A DNA stretch of 16,309 nucleotides from positions 1 to 16,309 of the forward strand of contig CAWHCQ010000022.1 in assembly GCA_963827755.1 (NCBI GenBank), written 5' to 3'. Position 1 is the stretch's first letter, and each line of letters starts with the position of its first letter. The notes below the pieces were generated by a model. That model made no database searches. It was given only the letters and a program-made list of their open reading frames with translations, and was not told the origin of the DNA. A program made the translations under genes and the position numbers. Below are positions 6,268 to 16,309 of this stretch, piece after piece. The DNA is from an uncultured Gammaproteobacteria bacterium. Lineage in GTDB: Bacteria > Pseudomonadota > Gammaproteobacteria > UBA9214.

Positions 6268-7757
6268 ATGCCCCGTAGCACAGCCTTCAGACTGTTTCTC
6301 GCCGCGCTTGTCTTCGTCGGCATGATGGTGCTGCTGGCGCTGGTGTTGAGTGCCGCACAGTTCAGCCTGTCACTGTGGCAGCAATTACAGACCGCCCCGG
6401 CCTGGGTCGTGATACTGATCGCCACCCTCGCCAGCCTGCTGCTGGGGTTCGGGCTCTGGCTCACCTGGCGGATTGCACGCCCGGCCCGCAGCGAGGACCG
6501 ATAAAACTGCAGCACCTTTGACAGAAGCTGAACTGCAGTCACGCCTGCAGGCCGCCACAGCCGCAGGTATCGATATCGAGTCTGCCACGCATGAACTGGA
6601 GGAACTGGCACGGCGACGTCAGCTGGAAACCATCCACCTCGCCCTGTTTGGCGAGATCAGCAGTGGCAAGAGTTCGCTGATCAACGCCCTGCTGCCGGGT
6701 GCCAGCGTGGAGACAGATGTCATTGGCGGGACCACGACAACCATCCAGCACTACCACTGGCAGCGTGAATCCGGCGATAGCAGTGGTGCTCGTCGATGTG
6801 CCGGGCCTCAACCAGGTGGAGCGCGAGTATGACCGGATGGTCATGGACGAGGCACAGCGGGCACACGTGGTTATCTTTGTCTGTGAAGGCGACCTGACAC
6901 GCAACGAATACCTGGCCCTGCAACCACTGCTGGAACTGAAAAAACCGCTGATCGTGGCATTCAACAAGCTGGACCGTTATTCGAGTGACGACCGGCAACT
7001 GATCCGCCGGCGTCTGGCGGACCGGTTTGCATCCGACCCGCAGGTGACCATTGCCGGTATCGCCACCCGGCCAACGCGCAGGGTCATCAAGGTCGGACCG
7101 GACGGGACTGAGCACGAAGAAGAACAGTTCCTGCCGCCACAGATCGACGAACTGCGTGCAGCCGTACAGTCTGCACTCGACCGCAACATGGCACTGCTGG
7201 AGAACCTGCGTGATACAGCCGTGTTCGAACTGACAGCGCAGAAGCTGGAACAGTCGAAGGCGGACCATCGGGTCAAGGCCTCCGCGGACCTGGTGAGGAC
7301 CTACACCCGGCGTGCCGTTGCCGGCGGTCTGGCAGCGATCAGCCCCGGTACCGACATCCTGATCCAGGGATACCTTGGCACGCGCATGGTCAAATCATTG
7401 TGTGAACTTTACGAGGTACCGGTACGCGAGATCGAACTGCAAAAGTCACTGACCCTGATGCAGAAGCAGGTAAGCACGGCATTTCCACTGCTGCTGGCCG
7501 TGACCGGCAATGCCGCCAAGGCGTTCCCGGGTATCGGTACGCTGGCCGGCGGCCTGATGCATGCCGTCGCCTACGGAATGATCTTCGATGCACTTGGCCG
7601 TGCCATCACGCGGACACTGGAGACCCGCGGCGAACTGCGGCCCGCCCCGGCAAGCCTGATGTTCAGGGACAACCTGGTCAGCAACGTGGAATCACAGGCC
7701 CGCAAGCTGTTACGGCTCGCGCTCGATATACGCAACGAGCCACCGCACGATAAGTGA
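6268..7757 (+). pseudogene. Membrane-anchored Era-like GTPase with DUF697-like C-terminus, interrupted by two +1 frameshifts (pseudogene or sequencing error)
   Basis: Frame 1 (6268-6504) encodes two TM helices. Frame 2 (about 6500-6778) carries G1 GEISSGKS and G2 GGTT. Frame 3 (about 6780-7757) carries G3 DVPG, G4 NKLD and a hydrophobic C-terminal domain. Removing one base at each junction gives a 495-aa protein colinear with the downstream paralog. Confidence 0.85.
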
Positions 7758-7769
7758 CTGAACACGAGC

Positions 7770-9059
7770 ATGAACACTGACACGCACCATCTCGACCAGG
7801 CCCGCGACAGCCTCGAGCTGCTGTTGCAGGACAAGCGGCTGCCACCCGAGGCGCGCGCGGAACTTGCGGATGATTTCAGCCAGGTGCAGGCCATGCTCGA
7901 CAAGCTCGAGCACGGCCACATCCATATTGCAGTACTGGGGCGTGTCAGTGTCGGCAAGTCCTCGGTACTCAATGCACTGATCGGTGAACACCGCTTTTCC
8001 ACCAGTGCCCTGCACGGCGAGACGACGCAAAACGAAATGGCCCGCTGGAATGAACAGGAAAGTGGCGCACTGTTCCTGATCGACACACCGGGCATCAATG
8101 AAATCGATGGCGAGGCGCGCGAGCGCATGGCCCACGAAGTGTCGCAGCGGTCAGACCTGGTGCTGTTTGTCATCGACGCTGACATGACTGACAGTGAGTA
8201 CAACGCCTTGCAGGGTCTGGCGCACGAACACCGGCCATTGCTGCTGGTACTGAACAAGTGCGACCGCTATACCGCTGCGCAACGCAAGGAACTGCGGACC
8301 AGCCTGCTGGCGCGTCTTGAACAGATCATCCCGCCCGGAAACCTGGTTGAAGTATCTGCCGACCCGGCGCCGCGCATCGTCATCGAGGTGGATGCCGACG
8401 GCCGGGAAACCGAGCGTGAACGGCCCGCATCCCCCGATGTCACGGCGCTGAAAGACCGCCTCTGGGAAATCCTCGAGGCGGAAGGCAAGACCCTTTCCGC
8501 ACTCAATGCCAGCCTTTTTGCCGGTGATTTGAGCGACAAGGTTGGTGCGCGCGTGCTGGCCATTCGCAAACAGCTTGGCGAGAAGGTGATACGCAGCTAC
8601 AGCCTGGTCAAGGGTGTTGCGGTGGCCATCAACCCGGTGCCGCTAACGGACCTGGCGGCAGCGGTGGCCGTGGACTTGTCCCTGGTGGTGCACCTTTCCA
8701 GGGTCTACGGCATGCCCATGACACGCAGCCAGTCCGGCACGCTGATCAAGACCATCAGCACACAACTGTTACTGTTGATGGGCGCCGTCTGGCTTGTGCA
8801 CCTGGTGTCGTCACTGCTGAAGGCCGGCAGCGCCGGCCTGTCGACCGTGCTGACCGCCGGCGTGCAGGGTGCCGTTGCGTACTACTCGACCTATGTTGTC
8901 GGACGCGCGGCAGAGCAATACCTGGCTGCCGGCTGTTCCTGGGGTGAGGATGGTCCGAAGCGGGTGATCCGCAATATTCTCGACAGCATCGACCGCGACT
9001 CGATGCTGGCCGAGGCCCGCCAGGACATCCTCGCGCGCATCCGCGGCACGCGCACCTGA
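7770..9059 (+). CDS. Era-like (HSR1/MMR1-type) GTP-binding protein with DUF697/YcjF-like C-terminal domain
   Basis: 429 aa with G1 GRVSVGKS, G2 GETT, G3 DTPG and G4 NKCD. C-terminal [27 protein letters not shown] is followed by a hydrophobic hairpin. It starts 12 nt after the upstream paralog. Confidence 0.9.
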   Translation: MNTDTHHLDQARDSLELLLQDKRLPPEARAELADDFSQVQAMLDKLEHGHIHIAVLGRVSVGKSSVLNALIGEHRFSTSALHGETTQNEMARWNEQESGALFLIDTPGINEIDGEARERMAHEVSQRSDLVLFVIDADMTDSEYNALQGLAHEHRPLLLVLNKCDRYTAAQRKELRTSLLARLEQIIPPGNLVEVSADPAPRIVIEVDADGRETERERPASPDVTALKDRLWEILEAEGKTLSALNASLFAGDLSDKVGARVLAIRKQLGEKVIRSYSLVKGVAVAINPVPLTDLAAAVAVDLSLVVHLSRVYGMPMTRSQSGTLIKTISTQLLLLMGAVWLVHLVSSLLKAGSAGLSTVLTAGVQGAVAYYSTYVVGRAAEQYLAAGCSWGEDGPKRVIRNILDSIDRDSMLAEARQDILARIRGTRT

Positions 9060-9075
9060 CGAAGTTTGTCGGGAG

Positions 9076-9092
9076 CCCGGAGATTTTCCGGG
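9076..9092. terminator. Short GC-rich hairpin between the convergent GTPase gene and tRNA; possible weak terminator
   Basis: CCCGGA-GATTT-TCCGGG with no clear U-tract on either strand. Confidence 0.35.
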
Positions 9093-9102
9093 TGATTGAT
9101 GA

Positions 9103-9181
<79 letters not shown>

Positions 9182-9194
9182 TTTGAACAACAGG

Positions 9195-9200
9195 ATTATA
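9195..9200 (-). promoter_or_regulatory. Candidate -10 box for tRNA-Pro
   Basis: Perfect TATAAT on the minus strand, 14 nt upstream of the mature tRNA 5' end. No convincing -35. Confidence 0.45.
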
Positions 9201-9221
9201 CAGGCAACCCGCGATGACGGG

Positions 9222-9578
9222 CTATCGCTTCAGCAGTTGCAGGACATCTTCGAGTTCAAGGCGAATCTGGTGGATGATCTGCTGGCTCTGGGTGACATCT
9301 TCTTTCGCATCTTCACCGGACATCTTCTGGCGAGCGCCGCCGATGGTAAAGCCCTGCTCGTACAGCAGGCTCCTGATCTGGCGAATCATCAGGACGTCCT
9401 GTCGCTGGTAGTAGCGCCGGTTGCCGCGCCGTTTAACCGGCTTGAGCTGGGGGAATTCCTGCTCCCAGTAACGCAGCACATGTGGCTTCACACCACACAG
9501 GGTGCTGACTTCTCCAATTGTGAAATAGCGCTTACCGGGTATTACAGGGAGCTCGTCGTTATTGCTCACTTCCAGCAT
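9222..9578 (-). CDS. MerR-family HTH regulator (conserved ihfA-linked type)
   Basis: 118 aa, [42 protein letters not shown]. Overlaps ihfA by 20 nt. Confidence 0.95.
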   Translation of the reverse strand: MLEVSNNDELPVIPGKRYFTIGEVSTLCGVKPHVLRYWEQEFPQLKPVKRRGNRRYYQRQDVLMIRQIRSLLYEQGFTIGGARQKMSGEDAKEDVTQSQQIIHQIRLELEDVLQLLKR

Positions 9579-9858
9579 ATGCCTCTACTCGTGCCTTGAG
9601 TTTCTGACCGGACCGGAAGGTAACAACGCGGCGTGCGGAGATCGGTATCTCTTCACCTGTCTTGGGATTACGGCCGGGACGTTCGTTCTTTTCCCGCAGG
9701 TCAAAATTCCCGAAACCGGAAAGCTTGACCTGGCGACCATTCTCCAGTGCGGCGCGAATCTCCTCGAAGAAAAGTTCGACCAGCTCCTTGGCCTCGCGTT
9801 TGTTCAGCCCCAGCTCTTCAAACAACTTTTCTGCCATTTCGGCTTTGGTTAGTGCCAT
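9559..9858 (-). CDS. ihfA: Integration host factor subunit alpha
   Basis: [10 protein letters not shown]...[38 protein letters not shown]; directly follows pheT. Confidence 0.99.
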   Translation of the reverse strand: MALTKAEMAEKLFEELGLNKREAKELVELFFEEIRAALENGRQVKLSGFGNFDLREKNERPGRNPKTGEEIPISARRVVTFRSGQKLKARVEAYAGSEQ

Positions 9859-9862
9859 AGTC

Positions 9863-12241
9863 TCAATCTCTTAGTGTTGCCCCGATAACTTTGCCGAGTT
9901 GATCCGTTACACGGCCCACTGCGGTCTCTATGTCTTCTTCGATTAGTGTGCGGGAAGAATCCTGTAGAATCAAGCCAAAAGCGATACTTTTTCGCCCTGA
10001 TTCTATGCCCTGCCCCCGGTAAATATCAAAAATCACCAGGTCCTGTAGCAGCGCCCCGGCGGTCTTGCTGACCACGTCAACCACGGCCTGCACCTCGATT
10101 TGCTCATCCACCACGATGGCCAGGTCGCGGCGAATCGACGGATAGCGCGAGATTTCCTGAAACTGCGGCAGCGTGCTCTTGCAGATCGCATCATAGGCCA
10201 GTTCAAACAGGCAGGCATCCGGACCGATGTCACAGGCCGCTGCCAGGCGCGGATGGATGCGTCCCAGCCAACCCAGCTGCTTGCCTGCTGCAAGGATGCT
10301 TGCCGACTGCCCGGGGTGCAGTGCCGCGTGTTCGGCGGCCACAAACTCGAGCCCCGCATTATCATCCATATTCTGGATAATGGCTTCTACATCCTGTTTT
10401 ATATCATAAAAGTCAACCGGCCTGGCCTGGCCGTCCCAGTGCTCGGGTAACAGCGACCCGGTCGCGATCGCGGCGATCATGACTTCCTGCCTGATGTCGT
10501 CACCTGCCTGATAAAAACGCAGCCCGTGTTCAAAGAAACGCACGCGCGTTTTCTGCCGGTTCAGGTTGTGCTGCACGGCCTTCAGCAGACCGGGCCAGAG
10601 GCTGGTGCGCATATCGGTCATCTCCGACGAGATCGGGTTTGCCAGGCGCACCGGCGTCATCCCCGGGTTGACCCGGCCCTGCAATTCGGGATCGACAAAA
10701 CTGTAGGTGATTGCCTCCCGGTAACCGCGCGCGACCAGCACATCAGCGATTGAGCCAATGTCCCGAGTGGTTTCCGCGACCGGCCGCATCTCCAGCCCAC
10801 CCGTCAACGGCACGCTGGGCAGGCGGTTGTAACCATAGATGCGGCCGAGTTCCTCGATCAGGTCGGCCTCTATTTCAATATCAAAGCGGAAGGTCGGTGA
10901 CAGCACGTCCCAGCCGCCATCGACAGCACTCACCTGCATGCCGAGCCGCGTCAGGATATCCACCACTTCAGCATCGTCAGGCGCCATGCCGAGCACCCGT
11001 TGAATGCGTGCACTGCGCAAGCTGATCGGCACGCTCGAAGGCAGGTGCCCGGTGGCTGTTACCTCGATCACCGGGCCGGCCTGACCGCCGGCGATCTCCA
11101 GCAGCAATGCCGTTGCCCGCTGCACGGCACGTGCCTGCAAACCGGGATCAACACCGCGCTCGAAGCGATGGGCAGAATCCGTGTGCATGGCATAGCGGCG
11201 TGCACAACCGGCAATCGCCTCGGGGGTGAAGAAGGCACATTCGAGAAACAGGTCCGTGGTGTTTTCCCGGACGCCGGAATCGATGCCGCCCATCACACCG
11301 GCAATTGCCAGCGGCTTGTCATGATCGGCGATTACCAGGGTTTGCTCATCCAGGCTGATGCGGCGCTCATCCAGCAGCACCAGTGTTTCGTCCTTGCCGG
11401 CATAACGCACGCGGATACCCTGCGAGAGTTGTGCCAGGTCAAACGCGTGCATCGGCTGACCAAGCTCCAGCAGCACGTAGTTGGTCACATCCACGACCGG
11501 GCCAAGGCTGCGCATGCCGCTGCGGCGCAAACGTTCCTGCATCCACAGCGGTGTTTCTGCAGCGGCATCGATGCCGCGAATTACCCGCCCCAGGTATCTC
11601 GGGCAGGCCTTGGGCGCCTGTACGTCGATATCGAAACGGTCCGCGATGGTGTCGGCCACGGGCTCGATGCGCACACTGCTTACCGGGCTGCGGGTCAGGG
11701 TGCCGACTTCCCGGGCAATGCCCTCGATACCGAGACAGTCTCCGCGGTTCGGCGTCAGGTCAATCTCGATCACCGTATCGTCGAGTCCGAGCAGGTCAGT
11801 CAAACGCTGCCCGGCAAGGGCATCGGCCGGCAACTCCATCAGGCCGGCATGTTCCTCACTCAGGCCCAGTTCCCGTGCAGAACAAAGCATGCCGTGGGAG
11901 GCCACGCCCCGCAGCTTGCTCTTTTTGATCTTCATCCCGTCCGGCATGCTGGCACCGATCGGGGCCAGCGGGTAACGGCCACCAACGTGTACATTCGGCG
12001 CGCCGCAGACGACCTGCAGGGGTTCGGCCGCACCTGTATTGACCTGGCACACCCTGAGCTTGTCGGCATCGGGATGGGCCTCGACTGCAACGACTTCACC
12101 GACCAGCAAGGCCTGCAGGCCCTCGCCCAGCGGTTCGACCGAATCCACTTCCAGCCCGGCCATGGTCAACTGCTCCACCAGTTCCCCGGTAGAGACCGGC
12201 GGGTTTACCCACTCACGCAACCATTGTTCGCTGAATTTCAT
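9863..12241 (-). CDS. pheT: Phenylalanine--tRNA ligase beta subunit
   Basis: 792 aa with [37 protein letters not shown] and the C-terminal RRDLAIVV anticodon-binding domain. Confidence 0.99.
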   Translation of the reverse strand: MKFSEQWLREWVNPPVSTGELVEQLTMAGLEVDSVEPLGEGLQALLVGEVVAVEAHPDADKLRVCQVNTGAAEPLQVVCGAPNVHVGGRYPLAPIGASMPDGMKIKKSKLRGVASHGMLCSARELGLSEEHAGLMELPADALAGQRLTDLLGLDDTVIEIDLTPNRGDCLGIEGIAREVGTLTRSPVSSVRIEPVADTIADRFDIDVQAPKACPRYLGRVIRGIDAAAETPLWMQERLRRSGMRSLGPVVDVTNYVLLELGQPMHAFDLAQLSQGIRVRYAGKDETLVLLDERRISLDEQTLVIADHDKPLAIAGVMGGIDSGVRENTTDLFLECAFFTPEAIAGCARRYAMHTDSAHRFERGVDPGLQARAVQRATALLLEIAGGQAGPVIEVTATGHLPSSVPISLRSARIQRVLGMAPDDAEVVDILTRLGMQVSAVDGGWDVLSPTFRFDIEIEADLIEELGRIYGYNRLPSVPLTGGLEMRPVAETTRDIGSIADVLVARGYREAITYSFVDPELQGRVNPGMTPVRLANPISSEMTDMRTSLWPGLLKAVQHNLNRQKTRVRFFEHGLRFYQAGDDIRQEVMIAAIATGSLLPEHWDGQARPVDFYDIKQDVEAIIQNMDDNAGLEFVAAEHAALHPGQSASILAAGKQLGWLGRIHPRLAAACDIGPDACLFELAYDAICKSTLPQFQEISRYPSIRRDLAIVVDEQIEVQAVVDVVSKTAGALLQDLVIFDIYRGQGIESGRKSIAFGLILQDSSRTLIEEDIETAVGRVTDQLGKVIGATLRD

Positions 12242-12280
12242 TTATTTCTCTATAAAACCTGCTTTCGCGCAAAGCTTTTT

Positions 12281-13327
<1,047 letters not shown>

Positions 13328-13366
13328 TCACACTTCATTGTTTGTCACGTTATCCCCATTGGTGAC

Positions 13367-13438
13367 CTGTAGGAGCGGATCTCATCCGCGATCAGGCCTG
13401 CATGCAGTCATGATCGCGGATGAGATCCGCTCCTACAG
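13367..13438. repeat. REPIN: inverted pair of GTAG-type REPs forming a 72-bp near-perfect palindrome
   Basis: GTAGGAGCGGATCTCATCCGCGA at 13369-13391 and its exact reverse complement at 13414-13436. Perfect 28-bp arms at 13367-13394 and 13411-13438. Confidence 0.92.
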
Positions 13439-13472
13439 CAATACCAAATCTCCTGCTTTAGTGATTACAGAT

Positions 13473-13505
13473 AAAAAAAGGGGAAGGGTTAATACCCTTC
13501 CCCTT
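13473..13505 (-). terminator. Rho-independent terminator after rplT
   Basis: Minus strand AAGGGGAAGGGT-ATTA-ACCCTTCCCCTT followed by a T-run, 26 nt after the rplT stop. Confidence 0.9.
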
Positions 13506-13531
13506 ATAGATATCCGTGTACGGTAAAGGGG

Positions 13532-13891
13532 CTAGGCTGAAAGACCGGCCTTGGCCTTTTCTGCCAGCGCGCTAAAAGCCGGCGCGTCGAATACCGCTAT
13601 ATCAGCAAGCACCTTTCTGTCGACTTCAATGCTGGCCTTGTTCAACCCGTCGATCAGGCGGCTGTAGGACAGGCCGTTTTCACGAGCCGCTGCATTGATG
13701 CGCGCAATCCACAGCACCCGGAACTGGCGCTTGCGTTGACGGCGGTCACGGTAGGCGTACTGCCCTGCCTTGATGACGGCCTGCTTGGCGACGCGATAGA
13801 TCTTGCTGCGCGCACCATAATAGCCTTTCGCCTTGTCCAGCACCTTTTTGTGTCTGGCGTGCGCGATTACACCTCGTTTTACTCTTGCCAT
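13532..13891 (-). CDS. rplT: 50S ribosomal protein L20
   Basis: [16 protein letters not shown]...[18 protein letters not shown]; AGAGG upstream. Confidence 0.99.
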   Translation of the reverse strand: MARVKRGVIAHARHKKVLDKAKGYYGARSKIYRVAKQAVIKAGQYAYRDRRQRKRQFRVLWIARINAAARENGLSYSRLIDGLNKASIEVDRKVLADIAVFDAPAFSALAEKAKAGLSA

Positions 13892-13926
13892 TACTGACTA
13901 CCTCTAGAAAACCCTGAATAATAAAA

Positions 13927-14124
13927 TCAAAGGAACGGCAGCATGCGGCGCACCATGGCCACATCCGCCTTGTTCACATCAGCCGGCGAGCCAAGTTGAC
14001 GCTTACGCTTGCTGCTCTTCTTCGTCAAAATATGACGCAGGTGTGACTGGCCACGCTTGAAACTACCTGAGCCGGTCTTGGTGAAGCGCTTTGCAGCACC
14101 ACGGTTCGTTTTTAACTTGGGCAT
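13927..14124 (-). CDS. rpmI: 50S ribosomal protein L35
   Basis: [14 protein letters not shown]...[15 protein letters not shown]. Start is ATG at 14124 (65 aa) with GGAG upstream, not the track's 14139. Confidence 0.98.
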   Translation of the reverse strand: MPKLKTNRGAAKRFTKTGSGSFKRGQSHLRHILTKKSSKRKRQLGSPADVNKADVAMVRRMLPFL

Positions 14125-14163
14125 TTCCAACTTCTCCAAAAAAATAAATCTGATTAATCGGTA

Positions 14164-14688
14164 TTACTTGTGTTTCCTCGGTGCCAGCACCATGACCATC
14201 AGCCGGCCTTCCATTTTCGGCTCCTGCTCCACCGTCCCGTATGGTTCCAGGTCAGCCTTGACACGCTGCAGCAATTCGAGGCCGAGCTCCTGGTGCGCCA
14301 TTTCACGCCCACGGAAACGCAGCGTCACTTTCGTTCGGTCACCGTCCCCGAGAAAGCTGACCAGCTTGCGCAACTTGATATTGTAATCACCAATATCGGT
14401 ACCCGGTCGAAACTTGATCTCCTTGACCTGGGTCTGCTTCTGTTTCTTCTTGGCGGTCTGGAGTTTCTTGTTCTCCTCAAACCGGAATTTGCCGTAATCC
14501 ATGATGCGGCATACCGGGGGTTCAGCATTCGGTGATATCTCTACGAGGTCCATGTTCGCCTCGTCGGCGATTCCCCTGGCTTCCTCAATTTTGACAATGC
14601 CTACCTGTTCACCGTCCTGGTCGATTACACGTACTTCAGGTGCAATGATTTTTTCATTAACCCGATGTTGCGGTTTTTTTGCGGCGAT
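14164..14688 (-). CDS. infC: Translation initiation factor IF-3 (ATC start)
   Basis: The frame is open upstream of the track's 14553 ATG: (M)[31 protein letters not shown]...[29 protein letters not shown] lies 7 nt before ATC at 14688; 174 aa. Confidence 0.96.
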   Translation of the reverse strand: MAAKKPQHRVNEKIIAPEVRVIDQDGEQVGIVKIEEARGIADEANMDLVEISPNAEPPVCRIMDYGKFRFEENKKLQTAKKKQKQTQVKEIKFRPGTDIGDYNIKLRKLVSFLGDGDRTKVTLRFRGREMAHQELGLELLQRVKADLEPYGTVEQEPKMEGRLMVMVLAPRKHK

Positions 14689-14691
14689 ACC

Positions 14692-16308
14692 CTAATCCTC
14701 CAAAACAATACGGCCGCGGCTCGCGGTCTCGGTTGTCAGACCCTCGGCAAGCTGCTCAACCGGCATACTCCCCAGGTCCTTTCCGCTACGCGTGCGCACG
14801 GCCACGGTGCCTGCTTCCAGCTCCCGATCGCCGATTACCAGCAGATAGGGAACACGTTTAATTGTGTGCTCGCGGATTTTAAAGCCGATTTTCTCATTTC
14901 TCAAGTCCGAATTGACTCTCAATCCCTGATTTTTCAAGCTTTCTTCCACTTTTCGGGCATAGTCCGCCTGTTGGTCGGTGATATTCAGCACAATCGCCTG
15001 CACCGGGGCCAGCCACAGGGGCAGGACGCCGGCGTAATGTTCGATCAAAATTCCAATAAAACGCTCGACCGAGCCAAGAATGGCCCGATGCAGCATCACC
15101 GGCACCTGCTTGCTGCCATCCTCGGCAATATAGTGGGCACCGAGCCGCCCCGGCATGGAAAAGTCCAGCTGGATGGTGCCCAGCTGCCAGACCCGCTCCA
15201 GGCAATCCTTCAGGTTGAACTCGATCTTCGGCCCGTAGAAGGCGCCCTCACCCGGCTGCAGTTCCCAGTCCAGCTGTTTGTGCACAAGCACCGCCTGCAG
15301 CGATTGTTCCGCCTTGTCCCACAAGACATCTTCGCCTACCCGGTTTTCAGGGCGGGTTGAAAACTTCACACTGATATCGTTGAAACCAAAATCGGCATAC
15401 ACCTGGAACAGCAGGTCGATAAACGCAGAGACCTCGTCCTCGATCTGGTCCTCGGTACAAAAAATGTGCGCGTCGTCCTGGACAAAATTCCTCACCCGCA
15501 TCAAGCCATGCAGGGTACCGGACGGTTCATTGCGCGTACACGATCCAAACTCCGCCAGCCGTAATGGCAGGTCGCGGTAACTCTTCAGCCCCTGGTTGTA
15601 TATCTGGATGTGGGCCGGGCAGTTCATCGGCTTGATGGCGTAGGTGCGGTTCTCGGACTCGGTGGTAAACATATCGTCCGAGAATTTTTCCCAGTGACCG
15701 GATTTCTCCCACAGGGACCGATCAAGAATGTGCGGCGTGTGCACTTCCTGGTAATCGTGCCGGCGCAACATGCCGCGAATATAGTCCTGGATGACCAGGT
15801 AAATCTGCCAGCCATGCTCATGCCAGAAGATCATGCCCGGCGCTTCTTCCTGGGTATGAAACAGGTCCATAACCTTGCCCAGCTTGCGATGGTCGCGCTT
15901 CTCGGCCTCTTCCAGACGCAGCAGGTAGGCGTTCAACTCCTTCTTGTCACGCCAGGCCGTGCCGTAGATACGCTGCAGCATGACGTTGTCCGAGTCACCG
16001 CGCCAGTAGGCGCCGGCGAGCTTCATCAGCCTGAAGCCCTTGCCGAGCTTGCCGGTGCTGGGCAGGTGCGGCCCGCGGCAGACATCGAACCAGTCACCCT
16101 GGCGATACACCGAAACTTCCTCGCCCTCGGGAATGACCTCGTTGATGATCTCGACCTTGTAATGCTCACCGATCCCGGCAAACACCCTGGCCGCCTCGTC
16201 CTTGTCCCAGACCTCGCGTTCGATTTTCAAATCGCGCTTGACGATGTCATGCATGCGCTTTTCGATTGCACCCAGGTCTTCCGGAGTGAAGGGCTCGTCG
16301 CGGGCAAA
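14692..16308 (-). CDS. thrS: Threonine--tRNA ligase, 5'-truncated by the window edge
   Basis: Motifs [33 protein letters not shown] and HRAILGS. The frame stays open past the track's 16254 Met to the edge ([18 protein letters not shown]). Confidence 0.99.
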   Translation of the reverse strand, partial: FARDEPFTPEDLGAIEKRMHDIVKRDLKIEREVWDKDEAARVFAGIGEHYKVEIINEVIPEGEEVSVYRQGDWFDVCRGPHLPSTGKLGKGFRLMKLAGAYWRGDSDNVMLQRIYGTAWRDKKELNAYLLRLEEAEKRDHRKLGKVMDLFHTQEEAPGMIFWHEHGWQIYLVIQDYIRGMLRRHDYQEVHTPHILDRSLWEKSGHWEKFSDDMFTTESENRTYAIKPMNCPAHIQIYNQGLKSYRDLPLRLAEFGSCTRNEPSGTLHGLMRVRNFVQDDAHIFCTEDQIEDEVSAFIDLLFQVYADFGFNDISVKFSTRPENRVGEDVLWDKAEQSLQAVLVHKQLDWELQPGEGAFYGPKIEFNLKDCLERVWQLGTIQLDFSMPGRLGAHYIAEDGSKQVPVMLHRAILGSVERFIGILIEHYAGVLPLWLAPVQAIVLNITDQQADYARKVEESLKNQGLRVNSDLRNEKIGFKIREHTIKRVPYLLVIGDRELEAGTVAVRTRSGKDLGSMPVEQLAEGLTTETASRGRIVLED

Positions 16309-16309
16309 G

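Noticed and set aside
6493-6506. prfB-like programmed +1 frameshift at GAGGAC-CGA-TAA
   Set aside because: An SD-like GAGGA precedes a rare codon and stop, but the P-site tRNA cannot re-pair from CGA to GAU. A second shift with no slippery site would also be needed.
9222-9578. MerR regulator as a metal-resistance partner of the ars operon
   Set aside because: It is the conserved ihfA-linked MerR-like gene of the core block and lacks C-terminal metal-binding cysteines.
14125-14200. L20 autoregulatory RNA element at the infC-rpmI junction
   Set aside because: Expected by analogy with E. coli, but I could not identify the pairing from the sequence.

Overview
GC-rich gammaproteobacterial-type chromosomal window in two parts. 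The right half (9104-16309, all minus strand) is the conserved core block thrS(partial)-infC-rpmI-rplT-pheS-pheT-ihfA-merR-family regulator-tRNA-Pro(GGG). infC starts at a non-canonical ATC, and an intrinsic terminator follows rplT. The left half, downstream of the tRNA, is accessory. It holds a plus-strand pair of paralogous Era-like/DUF697-type GTPases, the first membrane-anchored and broken by two +1 frameshifts. Divergent from them is a 4-TM/coiled-coil hypothetical protein. Below that runs a minus-strand series: arsR-arsI-arsC-acr3, then ppk2 27 bp downstream, then a TVP38/DedA protein coupled to a large (alpha/alpha)6 glycosidase-like ORF that the ORF track missed because it runs off the left edge. 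GTAG-type REP/REPIN elements lie at 6015-6184 and 13367-13438. No integrase, transposase or CRISPR array is visible. The best candidates for undescribed systems are the twin-GTPase plus membrane-protein module and a possible extended arsenic module (ars + ppk2, perhaps also DedA + glycosidase). Both are hypotheses and were not checked against any database.
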